Shown here piece by piece: positions 1 to 12,415 of a DNA stretch of 64,000 nucleotides. The notes below the pieces were generated by a model. That model was not told where the DNA came from and did no database searches. It saw only the letters and a list, made by a program, of their open reading frames with translations. The DNA comes from Octopus sinensis. Taxonomy: Eukaryota. The DNA is taken from assembly GCF_006345805.1 (NCBI RefSeq), contig NC_043014.1, positions 31,682,001 through 31,746,000 on the forward strand, read 5' to 3'. The position numbers were made by a program, and so were the translations under genes. Each line of letters opens with the position of its first letter. Positions within the stretch are counted from its first letter, which is position 1.

Positions 1-166
1 GTATGTGTATATATATTTGTATGTTTGCATGTGTGTGTGTGTGTGTGTTTGTTGTTGTGTTTGTCCCTCCACCATCATCACCATTTGACAACTGGTGTTG
101 GTTTGTTTACATTAGCAGTTTGGCAGAAGAGATTGATAGAATAAATACCAGGCATAAAACTAAGTA

Positions 167-400
167 CAGTAATCTCTCGACTATCGCAGGTGTTACGTTC
201 CAAAACACGCCATGGTAGGTGAAAATCTGTGAAGTAGAAACAGTACTGTACTATATATGTGTTTTTTAATTATTTTTATGATTTGTCTATATTTATTTCA
301 TTATAAATGCAAAACAAAACCACTGAGAAATTGACGTAAGCTTAAATAATAAACCACGATAGGTGAACAGTGATAGGTAAACCTCGGCGAGAGATTACTG
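167..400. mobile_element. Tc1/mariner-superfamily MITE nested in a SINE
   Basis: 13-bp TIR CAGTAATCTCTCG / CGAGAGATTACTG, TA on both sides (165-166, 401-402). A partial related copy starts at 40215. Confidence 0.85.
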
Positions 401-687
401 TATTGGAATTAATCTGTTTGACTAAAACCCTTCAAGATGGCATCCTAGTATGGATTGAAAGAAGTAAAAGATGAGAGAAGATAAAGCTGTATCCAATATG
501 TTCTTCCTTGTTTAAGACAGCAAGGTGTGACATAAGAGTAATGTAGCTACCATTTCTTGCAGGTTGAGCATTTACATGTGTATGTATAAATGTGTGTGTG
601 TGTGTGTGTGTGAGTGTGTGTGTGTGTGTGTGCGTGCGTGTGTGTGTGTATGTATGTGTGTGTGTTTGTGAGTGTATGTGTGTTAGT

Positions 688-1237
688 CGATGCTGGATTA
701 ACCATTAAGCAAAACAAGAATGTTCTTTGGGCATCGAAGGAAAGAGGTCACATCAGAAATGGTGAATGGTTTATGGCACAAAAGAAATCACATTAAGCTT
801 GCTAAAATAATATTTGAAGTGGTTTATGTGATCAGAAATATCTTTTCAAAGTGTACATGGTGTCATAATGAAGATCTGATCAAACTCTTTGGAATTCAAA
901 AAAGTAACAAGGGGGTCACATCAGAAATGGTAAATGGCTTATGGCACAAAAGAAATCACTTTAAACTTGCTAAAGTAATATTCAGGATGCCTTTTCTCTA
1001 CTAACTACAGAAGCAGAAGTGTTTGCATAAGATTAATTTTGAGGATCTGTTTAAAGACTATAGGCGTAGGAGTGGCTGTGTGGTGAGTAGCTTGCTTACG
1101 AACCACATGGTTCTGGGTTCAGTCCCACTGCATGGCACTTTGGGCAAGTGTCTTCTACTATAGCCTCGGGCCGACCAAAGCTTTGTGAGTGGATTTGGTA
1201 GACAGAAACTGAAAGAAGCCCATCATATATATGTATG

Positions 1238-1274
<37 letters not shown>

Positions 1275-1703
1275 TTGTGTGTCTGTGTTTATCCCCCCCA
1301 ACATCGCTTGACAACCGATGCTGGTGTGCTTACGTCCCCATAACTTAGCGGTTCGGCAAAAGTGACCAATAGAATAAGTACTAGGCTTACAAAGAATAAG
1401 TCCTGGGGTCGATGTGCTCGACTAAAGGCAGTACTCCAGCATGGCCACAGTCAAATGATTGAAACAAGTAAAAGAGTAACAGAGTAAGTGAAAAATGTTG
1501 GAGAAAACTTTTCAAATATATAAATAAAGTGAAAGTATACAAAAAACCCCATTTTTTTCTATCTTGATGCTAGTTTTGCTTCATTTTAAAGCATTAAAAT
1601 TTATTTTATGGCTTATTATTGTTTATATTTTGAATTACATATCTGTGGGGGCACCGAAATGTTTTAAGTGCTTAGGGCCTCTATAGGTCTTAATCTGGCC
1701 CTG
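688..1703 (+). mobile_element. Second copy of the hAT MITE, with an internal duplication and a nested SINE
   Basis: Shares GGATTAACCATTAA...AGAAATGGTGAATGGTTTA...AAGAAATCAC with 21362-21773 and ends TAATCTGGCCCTG. SINE at 1062-1485 inside. Confidence 0.75.
1062..1485 (+). mobile_element. SINE family A, full length (~420 bp, internal (TA)/(TG) microsatellite)
   Basis: Head AGGCGTAGGAGTGGCTGTGTGG with B-box-like GGTTCAGTCC and tail GAAACAAGTAAAAGAG. More than 15 copies in the window, e.g. 3366-3955, 32523-32945, 48495-48930, 56700-57150 (+) and 1753-2110, 16515-16906, 21990-22438, 25990-26346, 57996-58398, 62235-62617 (-). Confidence 0.9.
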
Positions 1704-1952
1704 GTAAGTAAGTTAGATGTCGTGTTCCATCGACCCTGTCCCGCAACCATTATTATTACCAGTCATTTGACAGTGGCCATGCTGGGGCACTACCTGGAAG
1801 GGTTTTCTTGAACAAATTGATCCCAGTACTGATTTTTTTAAAGCCTGGTATTTATTCTTTCCATCTCTTTGCATGAAACCACTAAGTTATGGAGATGTAA
1901 ACAAACCAACACTGGTTATCAAGTGGTGATAGAGGACAAATACAAGCACAAA

Positions 1953-1987
<35 letters not shown>

Positions 1988-2310
1988 CAGGCTTCTTTCA
2001 GTTTCTGTCCACAAAATCCTCTCACAAGTCTTTGGTTGGCCTGGAGCTATAGTTCAAAACATTTACCTGAGATGCCACACAGTGGGACTGAACCCAGAAC
2101 CATGTAGTTCTCAGACATTTTATTATCCCAAACCTTAACATAAGAACTCTTCACTAGTTACTCATTTCTCTGTCCAGTCATGTCCAGTTCTGTCTGCACT
2201 TGGCTCTTATTACTCTGTGAAATTTCATTCTGAAATAAATGACAAAACATTTTGATAATAATCAGCAATTACTTGGACTGTTTTTTTCCAGTTGAACTAA
2301 TGGGAGAGAT

Positions 2311-2357
<47 letters not shown>

Positions 2358-2359
2358 AG

Positions 2360-2403
<44 letters not shown>

Positions 2404-2639
2404 CAAGAGAGAGAGAGAGAGAGGTGGTGGTGGTTAAAGGTTTTTTGCATAAGTGCATACAGACATACGCATACTCATGCACAAACATATACACACATGT
2501 AACAAACATATGGATACACATATCCATAAACACATATGCACATGTGCACATATACCACCCTCACCCACACATGCACATAAATGCACAGACACAGACGTAA
2601 ACATAAACACTCACATATATATACACATACACAGTCACA

Positions 2640-3005
2640 CACAGACACACACATACATACATATATAATACATACATACATATGCACACATACATACACA
2701 TACATACATACATATATAATACATACGCACATATACACACATATATACACACATACATACATATATAATACACACGCACATATACACACATAAACACACA
2801 TACATACATATATAATACATACGCACATATGCACACATATATACACATACATACACATATAATACATACACACATATGCACACACATATACACATACATA
2901 CATATATAATACATACGCACATATACACACATATATACACATACATACATATATAATACATACGCACATATACACACATATATACACATACACATACATA
3001 TATGA
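2640..3005. repeat. Minisatellite, ~7 copies of a 47-51 bp unit built from CA/TA dinucleotides
   Basis: TATAATAC recurs at 2664, 2715, 2764, 2811, ~2858, ~2905 and ~2953. Confidence 0.85.
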
Positions 3006-3190
3006 AGTACATATATGCACATACCAGTTATGTATCATAGATTATGATGTTTTGACCATAATTGGTTATATGAGCTGTGGAATGGACAAGTAGTGATTAT
3101 TTGCATGAGGGATACTGTAAATGTGTATGTGTATGAGAAAGAGGAAGAAAGAGAAAAAGAGAGAGAGGAGAGCAAGAGAGACACTCAGAG

Positions 3191-3226
<36 letters not shown>

Positions 3227-3526
3227 GAATGGAAAAAATATAATTTGTGCTTTTGAAAGAAGAAGAACTCTGTGTGTGTATGTGTGAGAGAGAGAAAGAG
3301 AGAAAAAGGGAGTGAGGGGAAAGAGGGAGATAGGGGGTTTTGTGAATAAGTATTGCAAACATGTAGGCCCAAGCATGGATGTGTGGTAAGAAGTTTGCTT
3401 CCCAACCATATGGTTGTGGGTTCAGTCACACTGCATTGCACCTTGGGCAAGTGTTTTCTCCTATAGCCTCAGGCTGACCAAAGACTTGTGAATGGATTTG
3501 GTTGGCCGAAACTGAAAGAAGCCCAT

Positions 3527-3565
<39 letters not shown>

Positions 3566-5149
3566 CATTATTGGTGAATTGAAGAAATGGAGCTGAACGC
3601 AGATTGAACAGAAATTGTTTTATTTCATTCAAACTTTTGATTAATCTACTACAAGATTATTCATCTTTCTATTTCACATAAATTATATATATATATATAA
3701 TATATATAATATATATATATATGTGTGTGTGTGTGTGTCTGTGTGTTCATGTTTGTTCCCACCATTGCTTGACAACAGATGTTGGTGTGTTTATGTTTCT
3801 ATAATGCTGCAGTTCAGCAAAAGGGTCCAATAAAATAAATACTAGGCATTAAAAAAACAAAACAATAGCACTGGGGTCAATTTGTTTGACTAAAATTCTT
3901 CAAGGCACTACCCCAGCATGACCAGAGTCTAATGATTGAAACAAGTAAAATATATAAGATAGATAGAGAATGAGAAAGAAGACAGAAAGAGAGAAAAAGA
4001 GAGAGAGAGAGAAAGAGAGAAAGAATGTGTGTGTATGTGAGAAAGGGATAGTGAATGTATATGTGAGAGAGAAAGAGAGAAGAGTGAGAGATTCTGATAA
4101 ACTTACCCTACAATGTATGGTCTTGTATCTGTCTTTAAAAAAATCATTATTATTAATTTCTAATTATTTAAAGGTGGTGAGCTGGTAGAATCTTTGGTAT
4201 GCCGGATAAAATGCTTAGTGGCATTTTGTCTGTCTTTATGTTCTGAGTTCAAATTCTGCTGAGGTCAACTTTGCTTTTCATCCTTTCGGAGTTGAGAACA
4301 TATGTACCAGTTGAGTACTGGGGGTCGATGTAGTCAACTATCTCCCTCCCCCACAAAATTTCAGGCCTTGTGCCTAAAATAGAAAAAAACTAATTTCTAA
4401 TTATCTAGGCATAACCAATTTGAGCATAATCAATTTAGGAAGAATCACTAATATTTACCTCAGTACATAACTGGTACTTACTTCATCCACCTCTAGAAGT
4501 ATGTATGGGAAAGAAAATAGATTAAAAAGAAACATTAAAAAAACAAGAAAAAAAATCAATTACAATAGGATTTGAACTCAGACCATAAAAGTATGTAACT
4601 AAATATGGCAAATCCAAGCCATTTCGTCTGTTACCACCACCCTTTGCCATTCTGACCACTCTCAAACATTTCTAAATAAGTAAGTAATATTATTATTAAG
4701 TCACCAGAAAGTTGCAGTTTCCATCTTTTGACTGCTCAGCTATGTCAGTTACATACCAGTGCACACATCGTTAAGGTTTTCCATCATTTAGAACCTTTCA
4801 TCTTTCACCACACAGTGTAATACAGACTAACACACAAGCAAAACCATTTCGTAGCAAGCAGCCAAGCTTTCTGTGCTTAGTTTTGTACCAAATATATTCT
4901 ATTTATATGTTTAATATTAATTTACGGCACACTGACCACATACAACATGGGGAAAACTTTGATTCTAGAATACAACCGAAACTAAATTTAGAAAATTCCC
5001 TGTGAGATAACAGCAATAACAATGACAACAACCACAACAACGACAATAATAACAACAACATGCTCAATATCACACATGTATGTATGAAATACACATTGTC
5101 CATGTATCTACCTCAAACATCAATACAAGCAGAAACAAATGCATTCACA

Positions 5150-6060
5150 CATAATATAGACACAAACATACTCACATGCACACACAAACATACAAACACA
5201 CACAAACACACACCACACAAATATATATATTATGAATACACACAGACACACCACTCACTTTAACACACAAAAACACACCACTCACTTTAACACTCACAAA
5301 CACACACACCATGCACTTAAACATGAACACACACAGACACACACACACAAAACACACTTAAACACAGACACATAAACACACAAACACACATAGGCACACA
5401 AACATGCAGACATACATACATACATACATACATACATACATACATACATACATACATACATACATACACAAACACACAGACACATACACACAAACATAGA
5501 AACATGTACACATGCATACACACACACAACACACTTAGGCAAACATACACTCACACCCATACACCCACACACCGCACACTTAAACACACACACACAGAAG
5601 CACACAAACATGCAGACATACACATACACACACAAACACACAGACACACATACAAACATAGAAACATGTACACATGCATACACACACACACTTAAACACA
5701 CATACACTCACACCCACACACCGCACACTTAAACACACACACACACACAGACACACATACACACAAACATAGAAACATGTACACATGCATACATACACAC
5801 ACCACACACTTAAACATATATAAACTCACACAAACATCCACACACTGCACATGTAAACACACACACACATAGGCACACAAACATGCAGACATACACATAC
5901 ACACACAAACCACACACACACACACACACAAACATACACACACACACACCACACCACATTTAAACACACATACACACCCACACACACCACACACTTAAAC
6001 ACACACACACAAAAACACACACTGCACACCTAAACACACACACACACACACGGGCACTCA
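5150..6060. repeat. Compound (CA)n-derived minisatellite
   Basis: Recurring CACTTAAACAC, ACATGCAGACATAC and AAACATAGAAACATGTACACATGCATAC blocks. Confidence 0.85.
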
Positions 6061-8104
6061 CACATGTCCATTTTTATACAAATTATTTTTGGAAGCCGTT
6101 TGTGTAAGGAACTAGTCATTAATGGTGTCAGGTTTTGGTGCTAAGCTATTCCTGTCTTGTTTGTATGTTTGTTCTTTCTGTGATTACTTTTCCAATCTCA
6201 TTGGAAATTGATTGATCATTGTATATTGGGTAGGATCTACCCCACCTCCTTCATACACATTCAAGTTGAAATTATAACCCCCACCTCTCTCTCTATCTCT
6301 CTTTGTGTGTATGTGTGTGTCTCTCTGTTTTTCTTTATTTCTCCTTTTCTTCTTTGCTGTGTATTTTTATTCAGTAGAAAATTAAATGTTTTTAACGACA
6401 TGAAAGAAATTAACAGATGATTATAACAATGCATGTAACATGGTGAATCCGAGCACCTTATTTCTTTATTGCCCACAAGGGGCTAAACACAGAGGGGACA
6501 AACAAGGACAGACAAACGGATTAAGTCGATTTCATTGACTCCAGTGCATAACTGGTACTTAATTTATCAACCCCGAAAGGATGAAAGGTAAAGTCGACCT
6601 CAGCGGAATTTGAACTCAGAGTACCTTGCCAATCTACGGTGCTGCTGCTGCTTCTACTACTATGAATACTACCAACACCAACACTACCACTGCCGCCACC
6701 ACCACCACAACAACCACTGCCACAACCACCACCACCACCACCACTTTAGAAATGTATTAGTTTGAATCTTTTAAATACACTTTAGCTCTTTACTTTTCAT
6801 AATTTATTTCATATCTTAAGAATATATATTTAGGAAGTCTCCATAAAACGGCAGAATTCAGAAACCTACCTGGTATACTTCTGAATCCAAGCTTGTCAGA
6901 TAATTGGTCTGGTACTCTATAACTATGTCCAGGGTGTAAAATGAAAAAGAAAAAGAAAAAAAACCCCAAAATACAAAAAAAAAGCAAAAAACAAAACAAA
7001 ACTGGATAGCCATATTTGGAATGTCTTTGATTTATAGATCTTCCCAGTCATAGATGACGTTGGTACTAAACAAGTTTAGAAGGGTCAAAGTCAATCTGGA
7101 AATTATAATAATGAAGTCCTTAAGTTGTAGTTTTACTGAAGTTACTTCAGAGTGGAGAATTGGTAGAACTGTTATAGTGTCAGTATTTAATTATGATCTT
7201 TTACTTTCTGAGTTCAAATCTTATCAAAGTCAAAAGTACATTTCATTCTTCTGGGATTGGTAGCATAAAGTATGAGTCAAGAGTTGGCATCAGTTTATAC
7301 TGGTGCTCCATTGATTATGATGATGTGGGTTCCAGTTGATCTGATTAACGGAACAGCCTGCTTGTGAAATTAACATGCAAGTGGCTGAGTATTCCACAGA
7401 CACATGTACCCTTAATGTAGTTCTCAGGGAAATTCAGTGTGACACAGTGTGACAAGGCTGCCTCTTTGATTTACAGGTACAACTCATTTTTGCCAGCTGA
7501 GTGGACAGGAACAATGAGAAATAAAGTGCCTTGCCCAAGGACACAATGCATGACCAGGAATCAAACTCATGACCTTATGATTGTATGCCAAATACCCTAA
7601 CCACCTAGCCATGTGCCTTCACTGGCATCAATTCAATAATTCTTATGAAACATTCTAGAAATAATGGTATCATGGAAGAAGAAGAAAACTTGTAGTGTCT
7701 CCTTGGCAAGATTTGGACTTGGAATGAAAAGATAGGCACTTAATCATTTAAGTGTTGACTTTTTAATCCCACTTCTAACATTTTATGAATCCTTTTTTTT
7801 TTTTTTAAAAGTCAATTTTTTTTATATTTATATTTTGGATATAACAATTCAGAATCTGCAAACATAATTTAAAGATTGTTTGTTTTTGTTTCTGAACCCA
7901 GAACCATGTAGTTCTCAGACATTTTATTACCCCAAACCTTAATATAAGAACTCTTCGCTAGATACTCATTTCTCTGTCCAGTCAGGTTAGGATATTTAAC
8001 TCTTTACTCTTCGGCTTGTTGGATCCTGTCAAACCATCCAACTCATGCCAGTATGGAAAACAAATGTTAAACAATGATGATGATGATAGTAATGATGATG
8101 ATAG

Positions 8105-8147
<43 letters not shown>

Positions 8148-8233
8148 GTAGTACAATACTAATACTTACTGAATGCACATTGTTGTGTCATCAATTAGAG
8201 TAACCCTTTAGCATTCAGATTACTCCATCTCAT

Positions 8234-8287
<54 letters not shown>

Positions 8288-8622
8288 GGGGGAGCATCAT
8301 AGCCATGTGTTGAGAGGGATTCTTTGGGGTTTGAATGATTCACCTCTGGAAACATGGGTGTTTCATTCAACATCCTTAAACAACCCTTAATCAGGGAACT
8401 TTTGAGTGGGATGGGTTACCCAACCAGAAGAAAATTCTAACTGGGCCCCACTCGCAAGGTCATGCACTGTTTATCTTGTTATGAGATCACCATGTCGCGC
8501 ACATATGGTTGTGATGCATGTGCCTGGTGTACCCTTATCAGACGGGTAGTCATGATGGGTATACTGGGCTTCGTATATTTGTACCCCAGTGTCACTTTGA
8601 TGGCATGCACTGCTCTCTCACT
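8288..8622 (+). mobile_element. Retroposon 3' segment with (AAT)n tail
   Basis: Near-identical to 44934-45225 (GGGGGAGCATCATAGCCATGTGTTGAGAG ... GCACTGCTCTCTCACTC-AATAAT). Confidence 0.75.
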
Positions 8623-8623
8623 C

Positions 8624-8966
8624 AATAATAATAATAATAATAATGAAATTAGTGTATACAGTGCTCAGGTGCACAACAACTTGTCAAGAGTGTGTATAAA
8701 GCATATGCAGTAATGTTCAAATGTCTGGAAAGTGATCAGTGTATGAGTCAGATACATGCTTGCGTGTGTATGGAGGGGAGAAAATCAGGTGTAGTGTTGA
8801 CGAATCTCAGGAAGCATGGAAGTTTTGAAGGATGCAGTGCTCCGACAACTAACAACTGATGCCGGCAGTTTGTTCCATGCTTCAGCAACTCTTAGCGTGA
8901 AAAAATGTTTCCGAAACTCATGGGAGCTGTGCTGTTTTCTGACTTTGTAAACATGTCCATGAGTGT
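8624..8966 (-). mobile_element. 5'-truncated CR1-type LINE (RT C-terminus, 3' UTR, (ATT)n tail)
   Basis: Minus strand THGHVYKVRKQHSSHEFRKHFFTLRVAEAWNKLPASVVSCRSTASFKTSMLPEIRQHYT* (8966-8785), a typical CR1 terminus. Tail at 8624-8644. Confidence 0.8.
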
Positions 8967-9576
8967 AATGCTTATTCGTTTTGAATTAATCATGAATTAT
9001 CTTGTAACTTTAAAATTTCAATGATGTGATTGTTTATTTTTAGAATGACGTTGCATGGTAGGTGTTAGAAGCCTGATCTGGTCAGTTTGAACACAAAACA
9101 TAGAACATTTGAGATGAATGCTAAGGGATTAAAGCTGTTTTCTATCATTATTTTTGATATGTGCATGTTTACAGTTATAAATATATTTTGTTTGTATTTG
9201 AAGTGTATAAATGTATCTTATTTCATCCTTAAGAATTCAAAACAATATCATTTTAAATTTTCAGAATGTGTTTGCTTGTTCCTCTATCAAACTTTTACCC
9301 TCTCAACAACTGGCATAAAGCTCTTACTTTGGTGATCTCACAAGCGCCAATAGCATAAAAAAGAGGAAAAGAGACAATAAAAGCCCCCAAGAATACATTG
9401 TAAAGTGATTAGCATGAAGAGCATCCACCCACAGAAAACATGTCTAAATTGACACTGGAGCTTGACACAGCCCTTTGGCTTGTTGGATCCTGTCAAACCA
9501 TCCAACTTATGCCAGTATGGAAAACAAATTTTGTTGATGATGATGATGATGTTGATAATAGTAATGATGATGATAG

Positions 9577-9620
<44 letters not shown>

Positions 9621-10237
9621 ATGATGTTGATGATGATGATAGTGATAATGATGATGATGATAGTGATGATGATGATGATAGTGATGATGATGATAGTGAT
9701 GATATTGATGATGATGATGATGATAGTGATGATGATGATGATGATGATGATAGTGATGATGATAATGATGATGATGATGATGATGAAGTTGCACAGTGCT
9801 AATACTTATTGAATGCACAATGTTGTGTCATCAATTAGAGTAAATTATTATCAAATAGACGATTTTTATTATCCTGGACAAGAGGCTTTGTTCAGGTCTA
9901 TTAATGTAATCCCACAGCAGAATGTTTATCAAAATAAAACAGAAGTCACACATAGTCCCTTATTTCTGCTAGCCTTGAGCCACTGAATAACTGAGTAAAC
10001 TGCAGATGCACACAAGACTTATCATAAAGAGAGAAATTTCTTGATGCAGAAAGAGTAACCATGATAAAATGTCATCATCATGTGACCATCAGGTTGTGTC
10101 ACATGATATTCTCATGTTAAACACTTGCAATAATAAAGCAATTATACTACACATGTATATGGTGCAATCTAGAAGATATTTTCAGGAGAGACATTTAATA
10201 ATTTCAAAGAAGTACAAAACTCTAATATCATTCAAAG

Positions 10238-10770
10238 TACGATCCTCTGACATCAATGTATTTGTAGCACTCAATCTACTTCATGAAGGCTCCATGGAAG
10301 GTGTTGAGGACCCTTGTCACAAACTCTTTCATCTCCTTCAGCTTGGGAAACAACAAAGTCACTGGGAGCAAGGTCTTGACTGTAGGGAGGGTGAGGGACA
10401 ATTTTCATGCCCGTCTCTCTCAAGTAGTTGGTAACCAGAATGGAAGATTGGACTTGTGCATTGTCCTTTTGCAATGAAATCTCCTCTTGATCTCCTTCAC
10501 AACCTCCATGCAGTACTCTTTGTTGGCTGTCTGGCCAGAAGAAACCCAGTAGATGTAGATGATGCCCTTGCTGTTAGAAAGGGAACCATCATGAGCTTTC
10601 TGGTAAACTTGCTTTGCCTGGTCTCTTGTGTCAGCCAAATACAGACGCTAGGTTTATACAAGTTAATCTATAAGCAGTCTGAAGCATTTCTTACGTTTCT
10701 GTAGCATTGTTTCCCAGTTTAACACAAAAATTTATTGCATAGTGAGCTTTTAAATTGTCTTTACATCCTA
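10238..10770 (-). pseudogene. Internally deleted mariner transposase remnant
   Basis: Minus strand IYWVSSGQTANKEYCMEVVKEIKRRF and ETGMKIVPHPPYSQDLAPSDF. Confidence 0.8.
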
Positions 10771-11671
10771 ACAGCATTCTGTAAACTAGTCAGCTGTGAA
10801 AAGCAGTGTTTAGTAGGGTGTGTTCAAAGCATTTTTACAGCTGTCTCCTTTAATTTGCAACAACAAAATTTAGCGGGTCTGCTTATTAGATATATAGTAA
10901 TAATATACTAAAATTACAATAACGTAGGACAGTTATAACTGCTGCTCCTAAAAAAGTCTCAAACCTTCTGGAATGCACCTCATACTTTTCAATTGTTTAA
11001 AAACCAGTACAGTTACTATAAAATATCCATGTTCTTTACCCATGAAATTAATAAATAAATTCTGTTGTGTCTGGGGAGAGTCATTTTTTTTTTGTGCCTT
11101 ATAATGTAACACACTCACTGGTAAAATTTTCACTTATTTCTTACTTTTATTTTCCTAAAATTTTCGTTGCATCTTGCAACCTTTCAATAGTCTTGACTCT
11201 GTCCATTATTTACACTGCATTCCTTTTTGTTTGTTTGTGTGCATGTGTGTGAATCAGTGTGTGTGTGTGCCTATGCATGTACGTATGTATGTGTGTATGT
11301 ATGTATGCATGTGTATGTATGTATATATGTGTGTGTATGCATATGTATATATGTATGTATGTGTGCATCCAAAAACGAAATTTAATAAATAAATGCATTT
11401 ATAAAGTATTAGATAGTAATATCTTATTTCTATATTGTTGTAAATCAGTGGGGTTACACTTCCACTAAAACATGCACTAATCACAGTTCATGTTTCATTT
11501 TGTTTTATTATCAATAAACTAATTAGGCATGGCTGTGTGATTAAGAAGTTTACTTTGTAACCATATAGATTTGGGTTCAGTCTCACTGTATGCCACCTTG
11601 GGCAAGTGTTTTTTACTATAACCTTAGCTGACCAATACCTTGGTAGATGGAAACTGTCTAAAAGCCTGGTG

Positions 11672-11730
11672 TGACATCAGTTTCAGCAATTTCCATTGTC
11701 TCATCAGTTAAGCCTGTTTGATTCTTCAGT
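11672..11730 (-). ncRNA. Truncated hammerhead (inverted copy of the 12.0 kb motif)
   Basis: Minus strand CTTAA CTGATGA G ACAAT GGAA ATTGC T GAAAC TGATGTCA, then an abrupt junction with SINE sequence. The cleavage triplet and 3' stem I strand are missing. Confidence 0.7.
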
Positions 11731-11857
11731 TTTTTCTGGACTTGCTTCTCTATTAGTATATAGATTTTTGCCATCTAACCTAATGGATGATTTAGTGATT
11801 CACTAATGTGTATACATAAATTTAATATAAACAGCAGGTTGCAATGTCACATGTAGT

Positions 11858-12268
11858 GACAATTATAATTCTCCTTTTTGGTGAAACACTGCAACCTGCT
11901 GTTTATATCAATTTTATATATATACACATTAGCGAAATACTAAATCATCCATTAATCTGGCTGACAAAAGCATATATACTAATAGAGAAGCAGCTCCAGA
12001 AAAAGCTGAAGAATCAAGTGGGCTTAACTGATGAGGCAATGGAAATTGCTGAAACTGATGTTAGTATTAAGAATTCTCAATCTGCATTTTTCAGATAATT
12101 CAAGTCTCTGTTAGTGTATATGTATACATTTATGTGTATTGACTACAGCATTAGAGCATTTTAGCTCTTATTTCTAGCAATGTAGGTGTTTCTTAAAACC
12201 CTAGTTACATTTAGAGACAATTACAATTTTCCTTTTTGGTGAAACATTGCAACCTGCTGTTTATACTA

Positions 12269-12270
<2 letters not shown>
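11858..12270 (+). mobile_element. HHR-containing non-autonomous element (retrozyme / PLE pseudo-LTR-like), ~358 bp unit with terminal direct repeat
   Basis: GACAATTA(T/C)AATT(C/T)TCCTTTTTGGTGAAACA(C/T)TGCAACCTGCTGTTTATA occurs at 11858 and again at 12216. HHR in the middle, followed by (TA)n. Homologous to 55452-55850. Confidence 0.75.
12010..12077 (+). ncRNA. Type I hammerhead ribozyme, complete
   Basis: Stem I CTTAA(12023-27)/TTAAG(12067-71), extended by AGAAT/ATTCT beyond an internal loop. Core CTGATGA 12028-34. Stem II G-GCAAT-GGAA-ATTGC-T with a G.U closing pair. GAAA 12051-54. Stem III ACT-GATGTT-AGT. Cleavage triplet GTA, predicted cut after 12066. Confidence 0.85.
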
Positions 12271-12331
<61 letters not shown>

Positions 12332-12415
12332 TTATAATTATATATATAGTTTGCTTGAAATATATATATATTACATGCTGAAGCAACCTGGTACCATCTC
12401 TGGCAGATGAGGTGT

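Larger units (their letters stand above)
8201..9130. mobile_element. TAACCCTTTAGCATT-type MITE carrying nested SINE and CR1 insertions
   Basis: Left end TAACCCTTTAGCATTCAG (8201), right end GAATGCTAAGGGATTA (~9130). Related copies at about 22591, 33313-33530 and 34140-34330. Confidence 0.55.

Noticed and set aside
2640-3005. Regularly spaced ~49-bp repeats superficially like a CRISPR array
   Set aside because: No unique spacers; units are CA/TA-derived, and the context is eukaryotic.
2313-3038. Long CV/HT/YI/RE-rich ORFs here and at 5.3, 13.0, 23.7, 30.7 and 38.1 kb
   Set aside because: Translations of dinucleotide microsatellites.
4930-5005. Minus-strand open segment EFSKFSFGCILESKFSPCCMWSVC after an AG
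   Set aside because: Poor donor and no recognisable protein similarity.
9440-9818. Poly-Asp / poly-His / poly-Met ORFs over (GAT)n, and similar ORFs at 29.6, 30.2, 46.0, 47.5 and 52.6-54.3 kb
   Set aside because: Open frames arise trivially from trinucleotide repeats. No splice context or domain.
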